From: Obrimoposthia wandeli | Taxonomy: Eukaryota | Length of the DNA stretch: 64,000 nucleotides | Assembly: GCA_977020255.1 (NCBI GenBank) | Contig: CDROCS010005581.1 | Span: 1 to 64,000 of the forward strand | Direction: 5' to 3' | Part shown: positions 18,396 through 29,473 of the stretch, piece after piece | Layout: each line of letters opens with the position of its first letter | Numbering within the stretch: the stretch's first letter is position 1 | Position numbers and translations under genes: made by a program | The notes under the pieces: generated by a model | Database searches by the model: none | The model's input: only the letters and a program-made list of their open reading frames with translations | Told to the model about the DNA's origin: nothing

Positions 18396-20536
18396 TGGCT
18401 GATTCTTCTAATAAAGCGATGCCATTGCGCATCGCTCTTTTAGCCCAAGCAGCAGATGCTGCTGGGCTTTCTGCCGATATTTTAGCGTCATTACCTGCAG
18501 TCCAACATATTGCTGTTAATGATGATTTCAATGCCGCGCTTCACACTGCTATTCAAGCGGTAAACCAAGGTCAGTTGGTTCAACTTACCCTCCAATGTAA
18601 GCCGAACGAACCACAACAGCGTTTACTGATGCTTAGCGGTTTAGCTGCTGCTAAAAACAAAATTCACCCCCACGCGTACCTTGCAGGCTTTGCTGAAGGC
18701 GCAGTTAATAGCATAGAAATAGCCCTCACCCAGTCTCGTCGCCAAAAGGTCGATCTCAGTCATCAACAAACATCTGAAACATTAGCTGCAGACCAGCAGT
18801 TTATCGCTTTCTTTAACATGGTTGATGATATTGCTAGTCGTACACTGCACACTGCAGCTCATGCTGTAAACAAGACGGCAGACAATAAAAACCATTACTG
18901 GTTTACTGAACCCCATAAAGCACGCGTGGCAAGTTTAACGTTTAATGCTAATTCTGATAATGCCAACACTGATTCAGAAAGTAGTTTGGTATTAACACAA
19001 GCAACAGGGTTACAAAAAGCGCAATCATTACTGAACACCTCTCGCTTATTCTTCGTCCTCTCAGGGCTGAATGAAACGGCATTATCAGTGCAATTAGAAC
19101 AGCTCAAGCAACGTTTAGCTGATTTCCCTAATGATTTAGCGCCAAATGATTTAACACCAAATGACAAGGCAACCCTAATTGCTTTAATGGCTAAGAACTT
19201 AACGCAGTTTCAAACTGACGTTTCGTCTTCTGCCACTTCATCGATGTCACTACCGACTATCGTATTGCAAGGTGCTTCTATTACTGCTGTTTTGCAGGAA
19301 ATATCTGCAATCAGTAATGCTTTACCAAAAGTAATGGCAGAGAAAAATCATTACAAAACACCAGCTGGTAGTTGTTTCTCACCGGCACCCAATAGCAAAG
19401 GTGGCGTCACTTTTGTGTATCCAGGCGTTGGTACGGTATACCCTGGCATGTTCCGCGAATTTCATCAGTATTTCCCCGCACTTTTCGCACAACTAGAGCG
19501 CGAAGGAAACCTGAAAGAAATGCTGCAAGCCGACAAAACATACGGTGAAAACTCAGCAGAAATGACACTCGGTGAGCTAGCCATTGCCGGTGTTGGTAGC
19601 AGCTACTTGTTAACGCAATTACTCTGCGAAGAGTTTGCCGTTAAGCCTGATTTCGCTTTAGGTTACTCTAAAGGTGAAGCATCGATGTGGGCGAGTTTAG
19701 GTGTATGGAAAAACCCACACGCGCTGATCGAACTGACTAAGACGAGCCCAATATTCACCACAGCTATTTCTGGTAAGCTAACAGCGGTACGTGAAGCATG
19801 GCATTTAACTGATGCAGAAGAAATTACGTGGAATAGCTTTGTTGTTCGCTGTGATTCGGCTTCCATTGAAGCATTACTGCCTGAGTTCCCGCGTGCTTAC
19901 CTTGCCATTATTCAAGGTGACACCTGTGTATTAGCAGGTTGTGAAGCTACGTGTCGCGCTTTACTCAAAAAGCTTGGTAAACGTGGCATTGCAGCGAATC
20001 GTGTAACCGCCATGCACACCACACCAGCATTAAGTCAGCACTCACAAGTCACCGCGTTTTATACTCAGCCATTATGTGATGAGCTACCGACTGATATTAA
20101 ATTCATCAGCGCGGCAGGGTTATTACCTCAAAATCAAAACGTGCCAGTGAGTATCGACAGCCGAAGCATTGCCAATTCTATTGCCGATACCTTTTGCACT
20201 ACGCTCGATTTTACCGCTTTGATTCGCACCGCTCGCGAACAAGGCGCACGTTTATTTGTTGAAATCGGTGCCGACAGACAAACCAGTACGCTTATCGATA
20301 AAATAAACCGCACAGATAACGTAACAACTGAGAGTTGTACTGTCGCTGCAAATGCAAAAGGCGGCGAAGACATTGTTACTTTGCTTAAATGCATTGCTCA
20401 GTTAATTACGCACCAAATACCGCTGTCACTTTCTCCCCTGCTTCAAGGGTTAGAAGAACAAGTGAATACACTGAAATTACAGAGTGTATCGTCAGCGAAT
20501 ACCATACCGAACACCACACAAGGAGAGCCAGTGTGA
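18395..20536 (+). CDS. pfaB: PUFA synthase subunit B (acyltransferase)
   Basis: YPGVG and GYSKG AT motifs, FVEIG. The GTG start overlaps the pfaA TAG. Confidence 0.93.
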   Translation: MADSSNKAMPLRIALLAQAADAAGLSADILASLPAVQHIAVNDDFNAALHTAIQAVNQGQLVQLTLQCKPNEPQQRLLMLSGLAAAKNKIHPHAYLAGFAEGAVNSIEIALTQSRRQKVDLSHQQTSETLAADQQFIAFFNMVDDIASRTLHTAAHAVNKTADNKNHYWFTEPHKARVASLTFNANSDNANTDSESSLVLTQATGLQKAQSLLNTSRLFFVLSGLNETALSVQLEQLKQRLADFPNDLAPNDLTPNDKATLIALMAKNLTQFQTDVSSSATSSMSLPTIVLQGASITAVLQEISAISNALPKVMAEKNHYKTPAGSCFSPAPNSKGGVTFVYPGVGTVYPGMFREFHQYFPALFAQLEREGNLKEMLQADKTYGENSAEMTLGELAIAGVGSSYLLTQLLCEEFAVKPDFALGYSKGEASMWASLGVWKNPHALIELTKTSPIFTTAISGKLTAVREAWHLTDAEEITWNSFVVRCDSASIEALLPEFPRAYLAIIQGDTCVLAGCEATCRALLKKLGKRGIAANRVTAMHTTPALSQHSQVTAFYTQPLCDELPTDIKFISAAGLLPQNQNVPVSIDSRSIANSIADTFCTTLDFTALIRTAREQGARLFVEIGADRQTSTLIDKINRTDNVTTESCTVAANAKGGEDIVTLLKCIAQLITHQIPLSLSPLLQGLEEQVNTLKLQSVSSANTIPNTTQGEPV

Positions 20537-23500
20537 GTTCTCAACACAGTACTGCTTCCCAAAGCAATAAAATTGCCATTGTCGGTTTAGCGAATCAATA
20601 TCCTGATGCGGATACGCCAAAGGATTTCTGGCAAAACCTGCTCGCTAAAAAAGATTCTCGCACCACATTAAGTCCTGAAAAATTAGGCGCTAACCCTGAT
20701 GCTTATCAGGGTATACAAGGTGAGTCAGATCGCTTTTATTGTGATAAAGGCGGCTACATTCAAAATTTCTCTTTTGATAGCAACGGATACCGTTTGCCGG
20801 CAGAGACATTTGAAGGTTTAGATGAAAGCTTTCTTTGGGCACTCGATACCAGCCGCAAAGCATTGGCTGATGCTGGCATTCCATTAGATGACGCCGTGCT
20901 TGAACGTACGGGTGTTATTATGGGTGCCCTATCGTTCCCGACTAAGCGTTCAAATGACTTATTCCTACCGATTTACCATTCAGTAGTAGAGAAAGCATTA
21001 CAAACCAAACTGGGAAATGAACACTTTTCATTAACCCCATCAAACGCAAATATTACTAGCCTTAACCCTGCGAACGGTTCTGCGGCGCACAATGCATCTA
21101 AGCTCGTTGCCGATGCGCTTGGTTTAGGTCGCGCACAGCTTAGCCTAGATGCGGCATGTGCAAGTTCAGTCTATTCACTGAAGTTAGCCTGTGATTACCT
21201 AAGTACAGGTAAAGCAGACATGATGTTAGCGGGCGCAGTCTCTGGCGCAGATCCATTCTTCATTAACATGGGTTTCTCTATCTTCCATGCTTACCCTGAC
21301 CATGGTGTATCGGTTCCATTCGACACCAACAGTAAAGGGCTTTTTGCTGGTGAAGGCGCGGGTGTTTTAGTACTAAAACGTCTAGAAGATGCAGAGCGTG
21401 ATGGCGATAATATTTATGCCGTTGTTAGCGGTATTGGTTTATCCAATGATGGTCGTGGTCAGTTCGTACTGAGCCCGAACAGCAAAGGGCAAGTCCAAGC
21501 ATTCGAACGTGCTTATGAAGCGACAAATTTATCACCAGAAAGTATTGAAGTCATTGAGTGTCATGCAACAGGTACACCATTGGGTGACAAAGTTGAGATG
21601 ACCTCAATGGAGCGCTTCTTTGCAGACAAACTAAACGGCTCTCTAGCGCCGCTTATTGGTTCAGCTAAATCGAATTTAGGTCACTTGTTAACGGCTGCGG
21701 GCATGCCCGGGATCATGAAAATGATCTTTGCAATGAAAGAAGGTGTGTTACCCCCAAGTATTAACCTTTCAACGCCGTTGTCATCACCTGAAGGTTTGTT
21801 CGGTTCGCATACTTTACCGACTCAAGTTCAAGCTTGGCCAGACAAAGCTGGTAATACTGAACGATGTGCTGGTGTGTCTGTTTTTGGTTTTGGTGGCTGT
21901 AATGCCCACCTATTGCTTGAAGCTCATTCAACTAACTCGGCAGCAGCGACTAGCCCTGCAAAGTCAGTTACTTCAGCACCATTGAAAGTAACAGGTCTAG
22001 CGTCGCATTTCGGTTCATTAAAGACCATCAATGCGCTACATAACGCGATTACAACGGGTACTGATGCCTTTGTTGCCTTGCCAAAGAAACGTTGGAAAGG
22101 CTTAGATCAACATCCAGAACTATTAAGCCAATTCGGATTAGATGCAGTTCCACATGGCGCATACATTGATCAGTTTGAATTAGATTTCTTACGCTTTAAA
22201 GTGCCACCGAATGAAGATGATCGCCTGATTTCACAACAGCTTTTGTTGATGAAAGTTGCTGATGAAGCCATTCGTGATGCAAAGCTTGAAGTCGGTCAAA
22301 AAGTCGCGGTACTGGTAGCAATGGAAACGGAACTCGAAATGCACCAGTTCCGTGGTCGTGTAAATTTACATACCCAACTTGCTGATAGCCTACAAAACAT
22401 GGGTGTTCAGCTAACAGATAGCGAATACCAAGCGCTTGAAGCCATTGCGATGGATAGTGTTCTGGATGCTGCAAAGCTAAACCAGTACACCAGTTTCATT
22501 GGTAACATAATGGCGTCGCGTATTGCCTCATTGTGGGACTTTAACGGTCCTGCCTTTACTATTTCAGCAGCGGAACAATCTGTTGCGCGTTGTATTGATG
22601 TTGCACAAAACCTCATGTCGCAAGAATCATTAGATGCCGTCGTTATTGCTGCGGTTGATTTAAGTGGCAGTGCTGAACATATCATCCTTAAAAACAGCGT
22701 TACACCTGTTGCATTACATCCGCAAGGCAGCGGCTGGAATGTGGGTGAAGGTGCGGGTGCTATCGTTCTTGTCGACTCTGATAATACGCAAGCTCAGAAC
22801 AGCTACGGTGAAATCACCGCGTTGGATTTTGGCTCTGTCGCTCAAAGCAACATCATTAGCGATCGCCTGCTAACCACTGCGGGGATTACAGCAAACAACG
22901 TCAACCTATTGGAGCTAAACCAAGCACCAGAAAGTGTTGATGTCGTGCAGTTCCCACTGCCCCATGCAACACAAATTCAGGCTAATCAACGCTTAGGGCA
23001 TTGTTACGCGGCATCAGGTATGGCAAGTATTCTTCATGGTTTGCTAAGCCTGAATACGATACCTAAACCAACAACAACACCTAAACCAACTACAATACCA
23101 AGCCTCAACACTGCGGTAACTAAAGCGGCTATCGTGGCTAACGTTAGTGAAAACCAATGTTCTCAACTGTTGTTAACCCAAACCAATGCCGAAACTCAAT
23201 CGTTAACAACTCGACTTAGTCACGAGCTGGCTAACGATTCAAAACGTCAATTAATTAAGCAAGTTACCCTTGGTGGACGCGATATTTATCAACATATCGT
23301 GACAGCCGAACTTTCTGACATTCAACAGATTCAGCAGAAAGTCGCGAATGCGGTGCCTAGTGTTCAAAAACCGAAGATTAAACAGTCTCGCATTCAAGCT
23401 ATTGCTAAACCCGTTGCTCAACCACAAAGCATTGCGCAACCAACAGCAACTCCATCAGTATCCCCGATTCTGACAACACCCCGTCAGACGCCGATTACAG

Positions 23501-26343
23501 GTATTCAAAGCAATATGACCAATGTCCTATCCGCTAAAAACAAGCATGATTTAACTGCATTCCAAAGTGCTGCGTTTGTTGAAAACCAACAGCTAGCGCA
23601 ACAAGTTCACCAAGCATTTCTTCAAAACCGCGAACAAGGTTTGAAGATGGCTGATGCCTTATTAAAGGTACAATTGAACGAAGTAACGGCTCAGATGAAT
23701 GCCGCTACAGGTCAAGTATTTGACCACCAGCCTGCACCATCTCCAGCACAAACAGAAGCTTCAGCACCAGTGAATGTGGCAGCAACACCTGCAGTTGTTA
23801 ACCCTATTCGCAAACCTTGCATCTGGGATTACGAAGATTTAGTCGAATACGCTGAAGGCGACATCGCGAATGTGTTTGGCCCTGACTATGCAGTGATCGA
23901 CAACTATTCACGCCGCGTAAGACTACCAACCACCGATTACTTGTTGGTTTCTCGCGTGACGAAGCTTGATGCAACCATGCTTGAATACAAGCCAAGCACA
24001 ATGACGACAGAATACGATATTCCTGTTGATGCACCGTACTTGGTTGATGGTCAAATCCCTTGGGCTGTTGCAGTAGAATCAGGTCAGTGTGACTTGATGC
24101 TAATAAGCTACTTAGGTATCGATTTTGAAAACAAAGGCGAGCGTGTATACCGTCTATTAGATTGTACGCTTACCTTCCTTGGCGACTTGCCTCGTGGTGG
24201 TGATACGCTACGTTACGATATCTCTATTAATAACTTTGCCCGTAATGGCGATACCTTGCTGTTCTTCTTCTCTTACGAATGTTTCGTCGGCGATAAGATG
24301 ATCCTGAAAATGGATAACGGTTGTGCGGGTTTCTTCTCCGATGAAGAGCTGGCAGACGGTAAAGGTGTTATTCGCACTGAAGATGAAATCAAATCAAGAA
24401 ACCTAGCGGTTAAGCAGCGTTTCAACCCGCTTCTACATTGCCAGAAAACACAATTTGATTACCAAACACTGCATAACTTGCTAAACGCAAATATCGCTGG
24501 CTGTTTCGGTGAGAATCATATTTCAGACCGCCATCAACCATCACTGTGTTTCAGCTCTGATAAGTTCATGATGATTGAACAAGTTAGCCATGTTGATCCA
24601 CAAGGTGGTACATGGGGATTAGGTCTAATCGAAGGTCATAAACAGCTTGAAGCTGATCACTGGTACTTCCCTTGTCATTTCAAAGATGATTCCGTTATGG
24701 CGGGTTCATTAATGGCAGAAGGTTGTGGTCAGTTACTGCAGTTCTTCATGATGTACTTAGGCATGCACACGCAAGTGGAAAATGGTCGTTTCCAACCGCT
24801 TGAAAATGCACCTCAACAAGTACGTTGTCGTGGTCAGGTACTTCCTCAATCAGCAGTGTTAACTTACCGCATGGAAGTGACCGAGATTGGTTTAAGCCCT
24901 CGCCCGTATGCAAAAGCAAACATCGATATATTGCTTGATGGCAAAGTTGTAGTTGATTTCCAAAACTTGGGCGTGATGATCAAAGAAGAATCAGAATGTA
25001 CTCGCTACCTTGGTTCATCAGATCAAGCAGACGTTATTGCGCCAGTTGAAGCTCCTATCAGCCAACAAGCATCAGCGAATGCGCCGTTAATGGCACAAGT
25101 ACCTGACTTAAATACAGCGCCAAACAAAGGTGTTATCCCTCTTCAACACGTTGAAGCACCTATCGTTCCTGATTACCAAAACCGTACACCAGACACAGTA
25201 CCGTTCACGCCGTACCATATGTTTGAGTTTGCAACGGGTAATATTGAAAAATGTTTTGGTCCTGATTTTTCTATCTATCGCGGTATGATCCCACCCCGTA
25301 CTCCGTGTGGCGATCTACAGCTAACGACACGTGTTATCGAAGTTAACGGTACACGTGGCAATTTTAAAACACCGTCATCATGTATTGCTGAATATGAAGT
25401 GCCAGAAAACGCATGGTACTTTGATGAAAACAGCCACAGCAGCTTGATGCCATACTCAGTACTAATGGAAATTTCATTACAACCAAACGGTTTCATCTCT
25501 GGTTACATGGGTACAACACTAGGCTTCCCTGGCTTAGAGCTGTTCTTCCGTAACCTTGATGGTAGCGGTAAGATGCTACGTAATGTCGACCTACGCGGTA
25601 AAACTATCGTCAACGATTCGCGTCTACTATCTACTGTCATGATGGGTACTAACATCGTTCAAAGCTTCAGCTTCGAACTGAGTACTGATGGTGTTCCTTT
25701 CTATGAAGGCACTGCAGTATTTGGTTACTTCAAAGGTGCAGCACTAAAAGATCAGCTTGGTTTAGATAACGGTAACGTTACTTACCCATGGCATGTTGAT
25801 AATAATCGTACGCCTGATGTAAGCATTAACTTACTGGATAAAGAAAGCCGTTACTTCAACGCGCCACTTTCAGCAACAGGTGAAGCACAACCGCACTACC
25901 AGTTAGCTGGCGGCCGTTTAAACTTCATCGATAAAGTAGATATTACCAGTGATGGCGGTAAAGCAGGCTTGGGTTACTTATATGCCGAGCGAACTATCGA
26001 CCCAAGTGACTGGTTCTTCCAATTCCACTTCCACCAAGATCCTGTAATGCCAGGCTCACTAGGTGTAGAAGCGATTATCGAATTGATGCAAACCTATGCC
26101 CTAAACAAAGATTTAGGTGCTGGTTTCCGTTCGCCGAAGTTTGGTCAAATTCAATCTGAAGTGAAATGGAAATACCGTGGTCAAATTAACCCACTGAATA
26201 AGCAAATGTCACTCGATGTGCACATCACCGCGATTAAAGATGAAGACGGTAAACGTATCATCGTGGGTGATGCCAACTTGAGTAAAGACGGTCTGCGTAT
26301 TTACGAAGTGAAAGACATTGCAATCTGTATTGAAGAAGCCTGA
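20533..26343 (+). CDS. pfaC: PUFA synthase subunit C: KS-CLF-FabA-like DH x2
   Basis: DAACASS and ECHATGT KS motifs, a CLF domain lacking the catalytic Cys, two FabA-type WYFPCHF / WFFQFHF motifs. GTG 20533 follows AGGAGA and overlaps the pfaB TGA. Confidence 0.95.
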   Translation: MSSQHSTASQSNKIAIVGLANQYPDADTPKDFWQNLLAKKDSRTTLSPEKLGANPDAYQGIQGESDRFYCDKGGYIQNFSFDSNGYRLPAETFEGLDESFLWALDTSRKALADAGIPLDDAVLERTGVIMGALSFPTKRSNDLFLPIYHSVVEKALQTKLGNEHFSLTPSNANITSLNPANGSAAHNASKLVADALGLGRAQLSLDAACASSVYSLKLACDYLSTGKADMMLAGAVSGADPFFINMGFSIFHAYPDHGVSVPFDTNSKGLFAGEGAGVLVLKRLEDAERDGDNIYAVVSGIGLSNDGRGQFVLSPNSKGQVQAFERAYEATNLSPESIEVIECHATGTPLGDKVEMTSMERFFADKLNGSLAPLIGSAKSNLGHLLTAAGMPGIMKMIFAMKEGVLPPSINLSTPLSSPEGLFGSHTLPTQVQAWPDKAGNTERCAGVSVFGFGGCNAHLLLEAHSTNSAAATSPAKSVTSAPLKVTGLASHFGSLKTINALHNAITTGTDAFVALPKKRWKGLDQHPELLSQFGLDAVPHGAYIDQFELDFLRFKVPPNEDDRLISQQLLLMKVADEAIRDAKLEVGQKVAVLVAMETELEMHQFRGRVNLHTQLADSLQNMGVQLTDSEYQALEAIAMDSVLDAAKLNQYTSFIGNIMASRIASLWDFNGPAFTISAAEQSVARCIDVAQNLMSQESLDAVVIAAVDLSGSAEHIILKNSVTPVALHPQGSGWNVGEGAGAIVLVDSDNTQAQNSYGEITALDFGSVAQSNIISDRLLTTAGITANNVNLLELNQAPESVDVVQFPLPHATQIQANQRLGHCYAASGMASILHGLLSLNTIPKPTTTPKPTTIPSLNTAVTKAAIVANVSENQCSQLLLTQTNAETQSLTTRLSHELANDSKRQLIKQVTLGGRDIYQHIVTAELSDIQQIQQKVANAVPSVQKPKIKQSRIQAIAKPVAQPQSIAQPTATPSVSPILTTPRQTPITGIQSNMTNVLSAKNKHDLTAFQSAAFVENQQLAQQVHQAFLQNREQGLKMADALLKVQLNEVTAQMNAATGQVFDHQPAPSPAQTEASAPVNVAATPAVVNPIRKPCIWDYEDLVEYAEGDIANVFGPDYAVIDNYSRRVRLPTTDYLLVSRVTKLDATMLEYKPSTMTTEYDIPVDAPYLVDGQIPWAVAVESGQCDLMLISYLGIDFENKGERVYRLLDCTLTFLGDLPRGGDTLRYDISINNFARNGDTLLFFFSYECFVGDKMILKMDNGCAGFFSDEELADGKGVIRTEDEIKSRNLAVKQRFNPLLHCQKTQFDYQTLHNLLNANIAGCFGENHISDRHQPSLCFSSDKFMMIEQVSHVDPQGGTWGLGLIEGHKQLEADHWYFPCHFKDDSVMAGSLMAEGCGQLLQFFMMYLGMHTQVENGRFQPLENAPQQVRCRGQVLPQSAVLTYRMEVTEIGLSPRPYAKANIDILLDGKVVVDFQNLGVMIKEESECTRYLGSSDQADVIAPVEAPISQQASANAPLMAQVPDLNTAPNKGVIPLQHVEAPIVPDYQNRTPDTVPFTPYHMFEFATGNIEKCFGPDFSIYRGMIPPRTPCGDLQLTTRVIEVNGTRGNFKTPSSCIAEYEVPENAWYFDENSHSSLMPYSVLMEISLQPNGFISGYMGTTLGFPGLELFFRNLDGSGKMLRNVDLRGKTIVNDSRLLSTVMMGTNIVQSFSFELSTDGVPFYEGTAVFGYFKGAALKDQLGLDNGNVTYPWHVDNNRTPDVSINLLDKESRYFNAPLSATGEAQPHYQLAGGRLNFIDKVDITSDGGKAGLGYLYAERTIDPSDWFFQFHFHQDPVMPGSLGVEAIIELMQTYALNKDLGAGFRSPKFGQIQSEVKWKYRGQINPLNKQMSLDVHITAIKDEDGKRIIVGDANLSKDGLRIYEVKDIAICIEEA

Positions 26344-26361
26344 AGTAAGGGTAAATAGAAT

Positions 26362-27996
26362 ATGACAACGCAAACTATGAATAATGAAAAGCTGTCGCCA
26401 TGGCCGTGGCAGGTTGAAGAAAATGCGACCCACTTTGATAGCGCTGCAATGGCTAAAATTTTAAAAGATTTAAGCCTAGGTTGTTACATCGTGAATCACC
26501 CTGAAAAAGGGGTTGGCATTAGCCAGCAGGCTGAAATCACATCTGGTGATAGCGCAAGTGAAAGCCATGTACACCCAGTAAGTGCTTTCGCACCAGCATT
26601 AGGCACCCAAAGCTTAGGCGACAATGATTTCCGTCGTGTACACGGTGTTAAATATGCTTACTACGCTGGTGCCATGGCTAACGGTATCTCTTCTGAAGAG
26701 TTAGTGATTGCATTAGGTCAGGCGGGCATTTTATGTTCGTTTGGTGCCGCAGGTCTGATTCCTTCTCGTGTAGAGCAGGCAATCAACCGTATTCAAGCAG
26801 CACTGCCTAATGGCCCTTACGCATTTAACTTGATCCACAGCCCAAGTGAACCTGCACTAGAGCGTGGTAGCGTTGAGCTATTTTTAAAACACAAAGTACG
26901 TACCGTTGAAGCGTCTGCATTCTTAGGCCTAACGCCACAAATTGTTCAGTACCGTGCAGCAGGTTTAAGCCGTGATGCACAAGGCGAGATCGTTATTGCG
27001 AACAAAGTGATTGCGAAAATAAGCCGTACTGAAGTAGCGATTAAGTTCATGGAACCTGCACCCGCTAAGATACTTCAAGGTTTAGTTAATGAAGGACGTA
27101 TCACAGCTGAGCAAATGGAATTAGCACTGCTTGTACCAATGGCTGATGATATTACTGCCGAAGCTGACTCTGGTGGTCATACCGATAACCGCCCTCTTGT
27201 TACGCTATTGCCAACTATTTTAGCGTTAAAAGACACGGTTCAAGCTAAGCACCAATTCAAAACACCCCTGCGTGTTGGTTCTGGTGGCGGTATCGGAACC
27301 CCTGATGCAGCACTCGCTGCCTTCAATATGGGCGCGGCTTATATTGTGACAGGATCAATCAACCAAGCTTGTATTGAAGCGGGAGCAAGTGAGCATACAC
27401 GTAAACTACTTGCGACTACCGAGATGGCTGATGTTGCAATGGCACCTGCGGCTGATATGTTCGAAATGGGTGTAAAACTACAAGTTGTTAAGCGCGGTAC
27501 ATTGTTCCCAATGCGCGCTAACAAGTTGTACGAAATCTACACACGTTACGATTCAATTGAAGCGATTCCAGCAGACGAACGCCACAAGCTTGAAACTCAG
27601 GTTTTCCGTTCAACGCTAGATGCTATTTGGGAAGGAACTGTTGCTCACTTTAACGAACGTGACCCTAAGCAAATTGAACGTGCACAAGGCAACCCTAAGC
27701 GCAAGATGGCACTGATTTTCCGCTGGTATCTTGGTCTTTCAAGTCGTTGGTCAAACACTGGCGAAGCAGGCCGTGAGATGGATTACCAAATTTGGGCTGG
27801 TCCTGCTCTGGGTGCATTCAATGCATGGGCAAAAGGCAGTTACTTAGATAACTACCAAGACCGTCGTGCTGTTGATTTAACTAAGCACCTAATGCACGGC
27901 GCAGCTTACCTTGCGCGTATTAACCTACTTGCAGCTCAAGGTATTCGATTACCCGCAGAGCTCGCACGTTGGAAGCCTGTAGAGAAAATGATTTAA
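26362..27996 (+). CDS. pfaD: PUFA synthase enoyl reductase
   Basis: AGAMANGISS, EADSGGHTDNRP, DYQIWAGPALG: PfaD family motifs. Confidence 0.95.
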   Translation: MTTQTMNNEKLSPWPWQVEENATHFDSAAMAKILKDLSLGCYIVNHPEKGVGISQQAEITSGDSASESHVHPVSAFAPALGTQSLGDNDFRRVHGVKYAYYAGAMANGISSEELVIALGQAGILCSFGAAGLIPSRVEQAINRIQAALPNGPYAFNLIHSPSEPALERGSVELFLKHKVRTVEASAFLGLTPQIVQYRAAGLSRDAQGEIVIANKVIAKISRTEVAIKFMEPAPAKILQGLVNEGRITAEQMELALLVPMADDITAEADSGGHTDNRPLVTLLPTILALKDTVQAKHQFKTPLRVGSGGGIGTPDAALAAFNMGAAYIVTGSINQACIEAGASEHTRKLLATTEMADVAMAPAADMFEMGVKLQVVKRGTLFPMRANKLYEIYTRYDSIEAIPADERHKLETQVFRSTLDAIWEGTVAHFNERDPKQIERAQGNPKRKMALIFRWYLGLSSRWSNTGEAGREMDYQIWAGPALGAFNAWAKGSYLDNYQDRRAVDLTKHLMHGAAYLARINLLAAQGIRLPAELARWKPVEKMI

Positions 27997-28026
27997 AGCT
28001 AAATACTAGAAATTAGAAACGCTTAT

Positions 28027-28060
28027 GAGCCCCTGTTGTTATGACAGGGGCTTTTTTATT
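28027..28060 (+). terminator. Intrinsic terminator of the pfa operon
   Basis: GAGCCCCTGT...ACAGGGGCTT followed by TTTTATT. Confidence 0.85.
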
Positions 28061-28436
28061 AGTTCTGTTTGCTACAGTCAGCAGACAATAGTTTGTTCAC
28101 AAATGTCAGACAGGGTTTGTGACACGTTAATGGACATTTCCTTGTTACGAAGTTTGGGGGATACTGATATTTAAGATAACTTCTAATATGCCAAAATATG
28201 ATAATTAACTATAAATGTGTGGCTAGATTCGCTAGTCACCTATCAATTTATGAAGTGATGATATCACCTCTAACTAGGTGGCCAAATTCACCGTACCACT
28301 GCAGGCTGAGGTTTTCACTGTTTGTGAAAAAATGACAGAGTAAAAAACGTTCTTTCGATTGATAAATGGTTTTTATCTCAATATAACAAAGCCTTATGGA
28401 TGGCGTTCATTACATTGGAATCATTAATTTAAATTA

Positions 28437-28664
28437 TTACAATTTTGTTATTTTACGCTTAATTTTATCAACATGCTTTGATACGATTAATGAACAATAT
28501 CCTACGCCTCCGAATATGATCCCATACGCTAGGGTCAAATAATTAAAATGGCCTTTAGTCACCATAAAAAGAAGTAAAGATAAAAACATTCCGCTTAATA
28601 TTGTAAGAATCCAATAATTTGCTTTCACGTGTATTAATTGGTCTTGTAAGATTTCATTTTCCAT
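28437..28664 (-). CDS. Small AT-rich two-TM hypothetical protein (75 aa)
   Basis: Two hydrophobic segments, basic C-tail, AAGAG 7 nt before the ATG. Confidence 0.55.
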   Translation of the reverse strand: MENEILQDQLIHVKANYWILTILSGMFLSLLLFMVTKGHFNYLTLAYGIIFGGVGYCSLIVSKHVDKIKRKITKL

Positions 28665-28966
28665 AAATAACTCTTTTGATTATTTAGTTTGGCTTTGTTG
28701 AGCACATTAAGGATAGTTCTACATTCACATGCTGTAGATTTTATACATTTATCTATCTTTCTGGCGTAAGTGCTATTAAAAATACAGCTTATAAGTTGGC
28801 GCGATAGGTGTTAGGCCATAGAAAAACTGACACCAAAGAATAATTTCCTCACAAAGCAATAGATATACAATAAACAGAACTATGGATGAAAGATAATAGA
28901 TTAAACTTATAATTCTGATAGGAAAAACCTATCGTTGAAATTGTGTCGTAAATCGCAATCTGTTCG

Positions 28967-29114
28967 CTAACAAGGAGAGGGGCAGAAACGCTTTAGCATC
29001 AGCCTTCATAAATTAGGGCGATAGCTGATTGAATTCAAGCAAAGGCAGCACAAAAAAGGGCTGGCGCTATGGCCAACCCTCATCATTGTTCTTTTTGTTA
29101 TTAATTACTCAGAC
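28967..29114. repeat. 148-bp direct repeat, copy 1 (contains a minus-strand terminator)
   Basis: Near-identical to 31051..31198; includes AAAAAAGGGCTGGC...GCCAACCCT. Confidence 0.92.
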
Positions 29115-29245
29115 GCATACGTCTCTTCATAAGTATGCGAGAAAAGCTCAAATAGGTTACCGAATGGGTCTGCTAGGTACACCATCTTAGCTTGCTTGCT
29201 ATTATCTTCTGGGTGGTAACGCATAATATCCATGCGTACTTTACC
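29105..29245 (-). pseudogene. 3' remnant of a VOC/glyoxalase-family gene
   Basis: Reads GKVRMDIMRYHPEDNSKQAKMVYLADPFGNLFELFSHSYEETYASE*. DPFGNxxE is a VOC C-terminal motif. In-frame stops lie upstream and there is no N-terminal half. Confidence 0.75.
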
Positions 29246-29473
29246 GACAAAATCGGTTGGTAGTTAAGATACGACAGAATCGCTATTAGTACATTAGTCC
29301 GAATCTGGCATTGATTTATACTGTAACTTCAATTTGTTCAAATGAACTAATTCAGGTTCTATCTACCACAACTTTGTTGCAGAGCCGACGGCCTATCTGT
29401 GCGACTACCGTAATGATGCCAATACGGTAAAAAGCTTCGCCATAGCGAAACTTTTTTGTTTTCGGTTGATGAT

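Noticed and set aside
19964-19975. C_AAA_AAG in pfaB
   Set aside because: Not a full X_XXY_YYZ heptamer and lies inside the AT domain.
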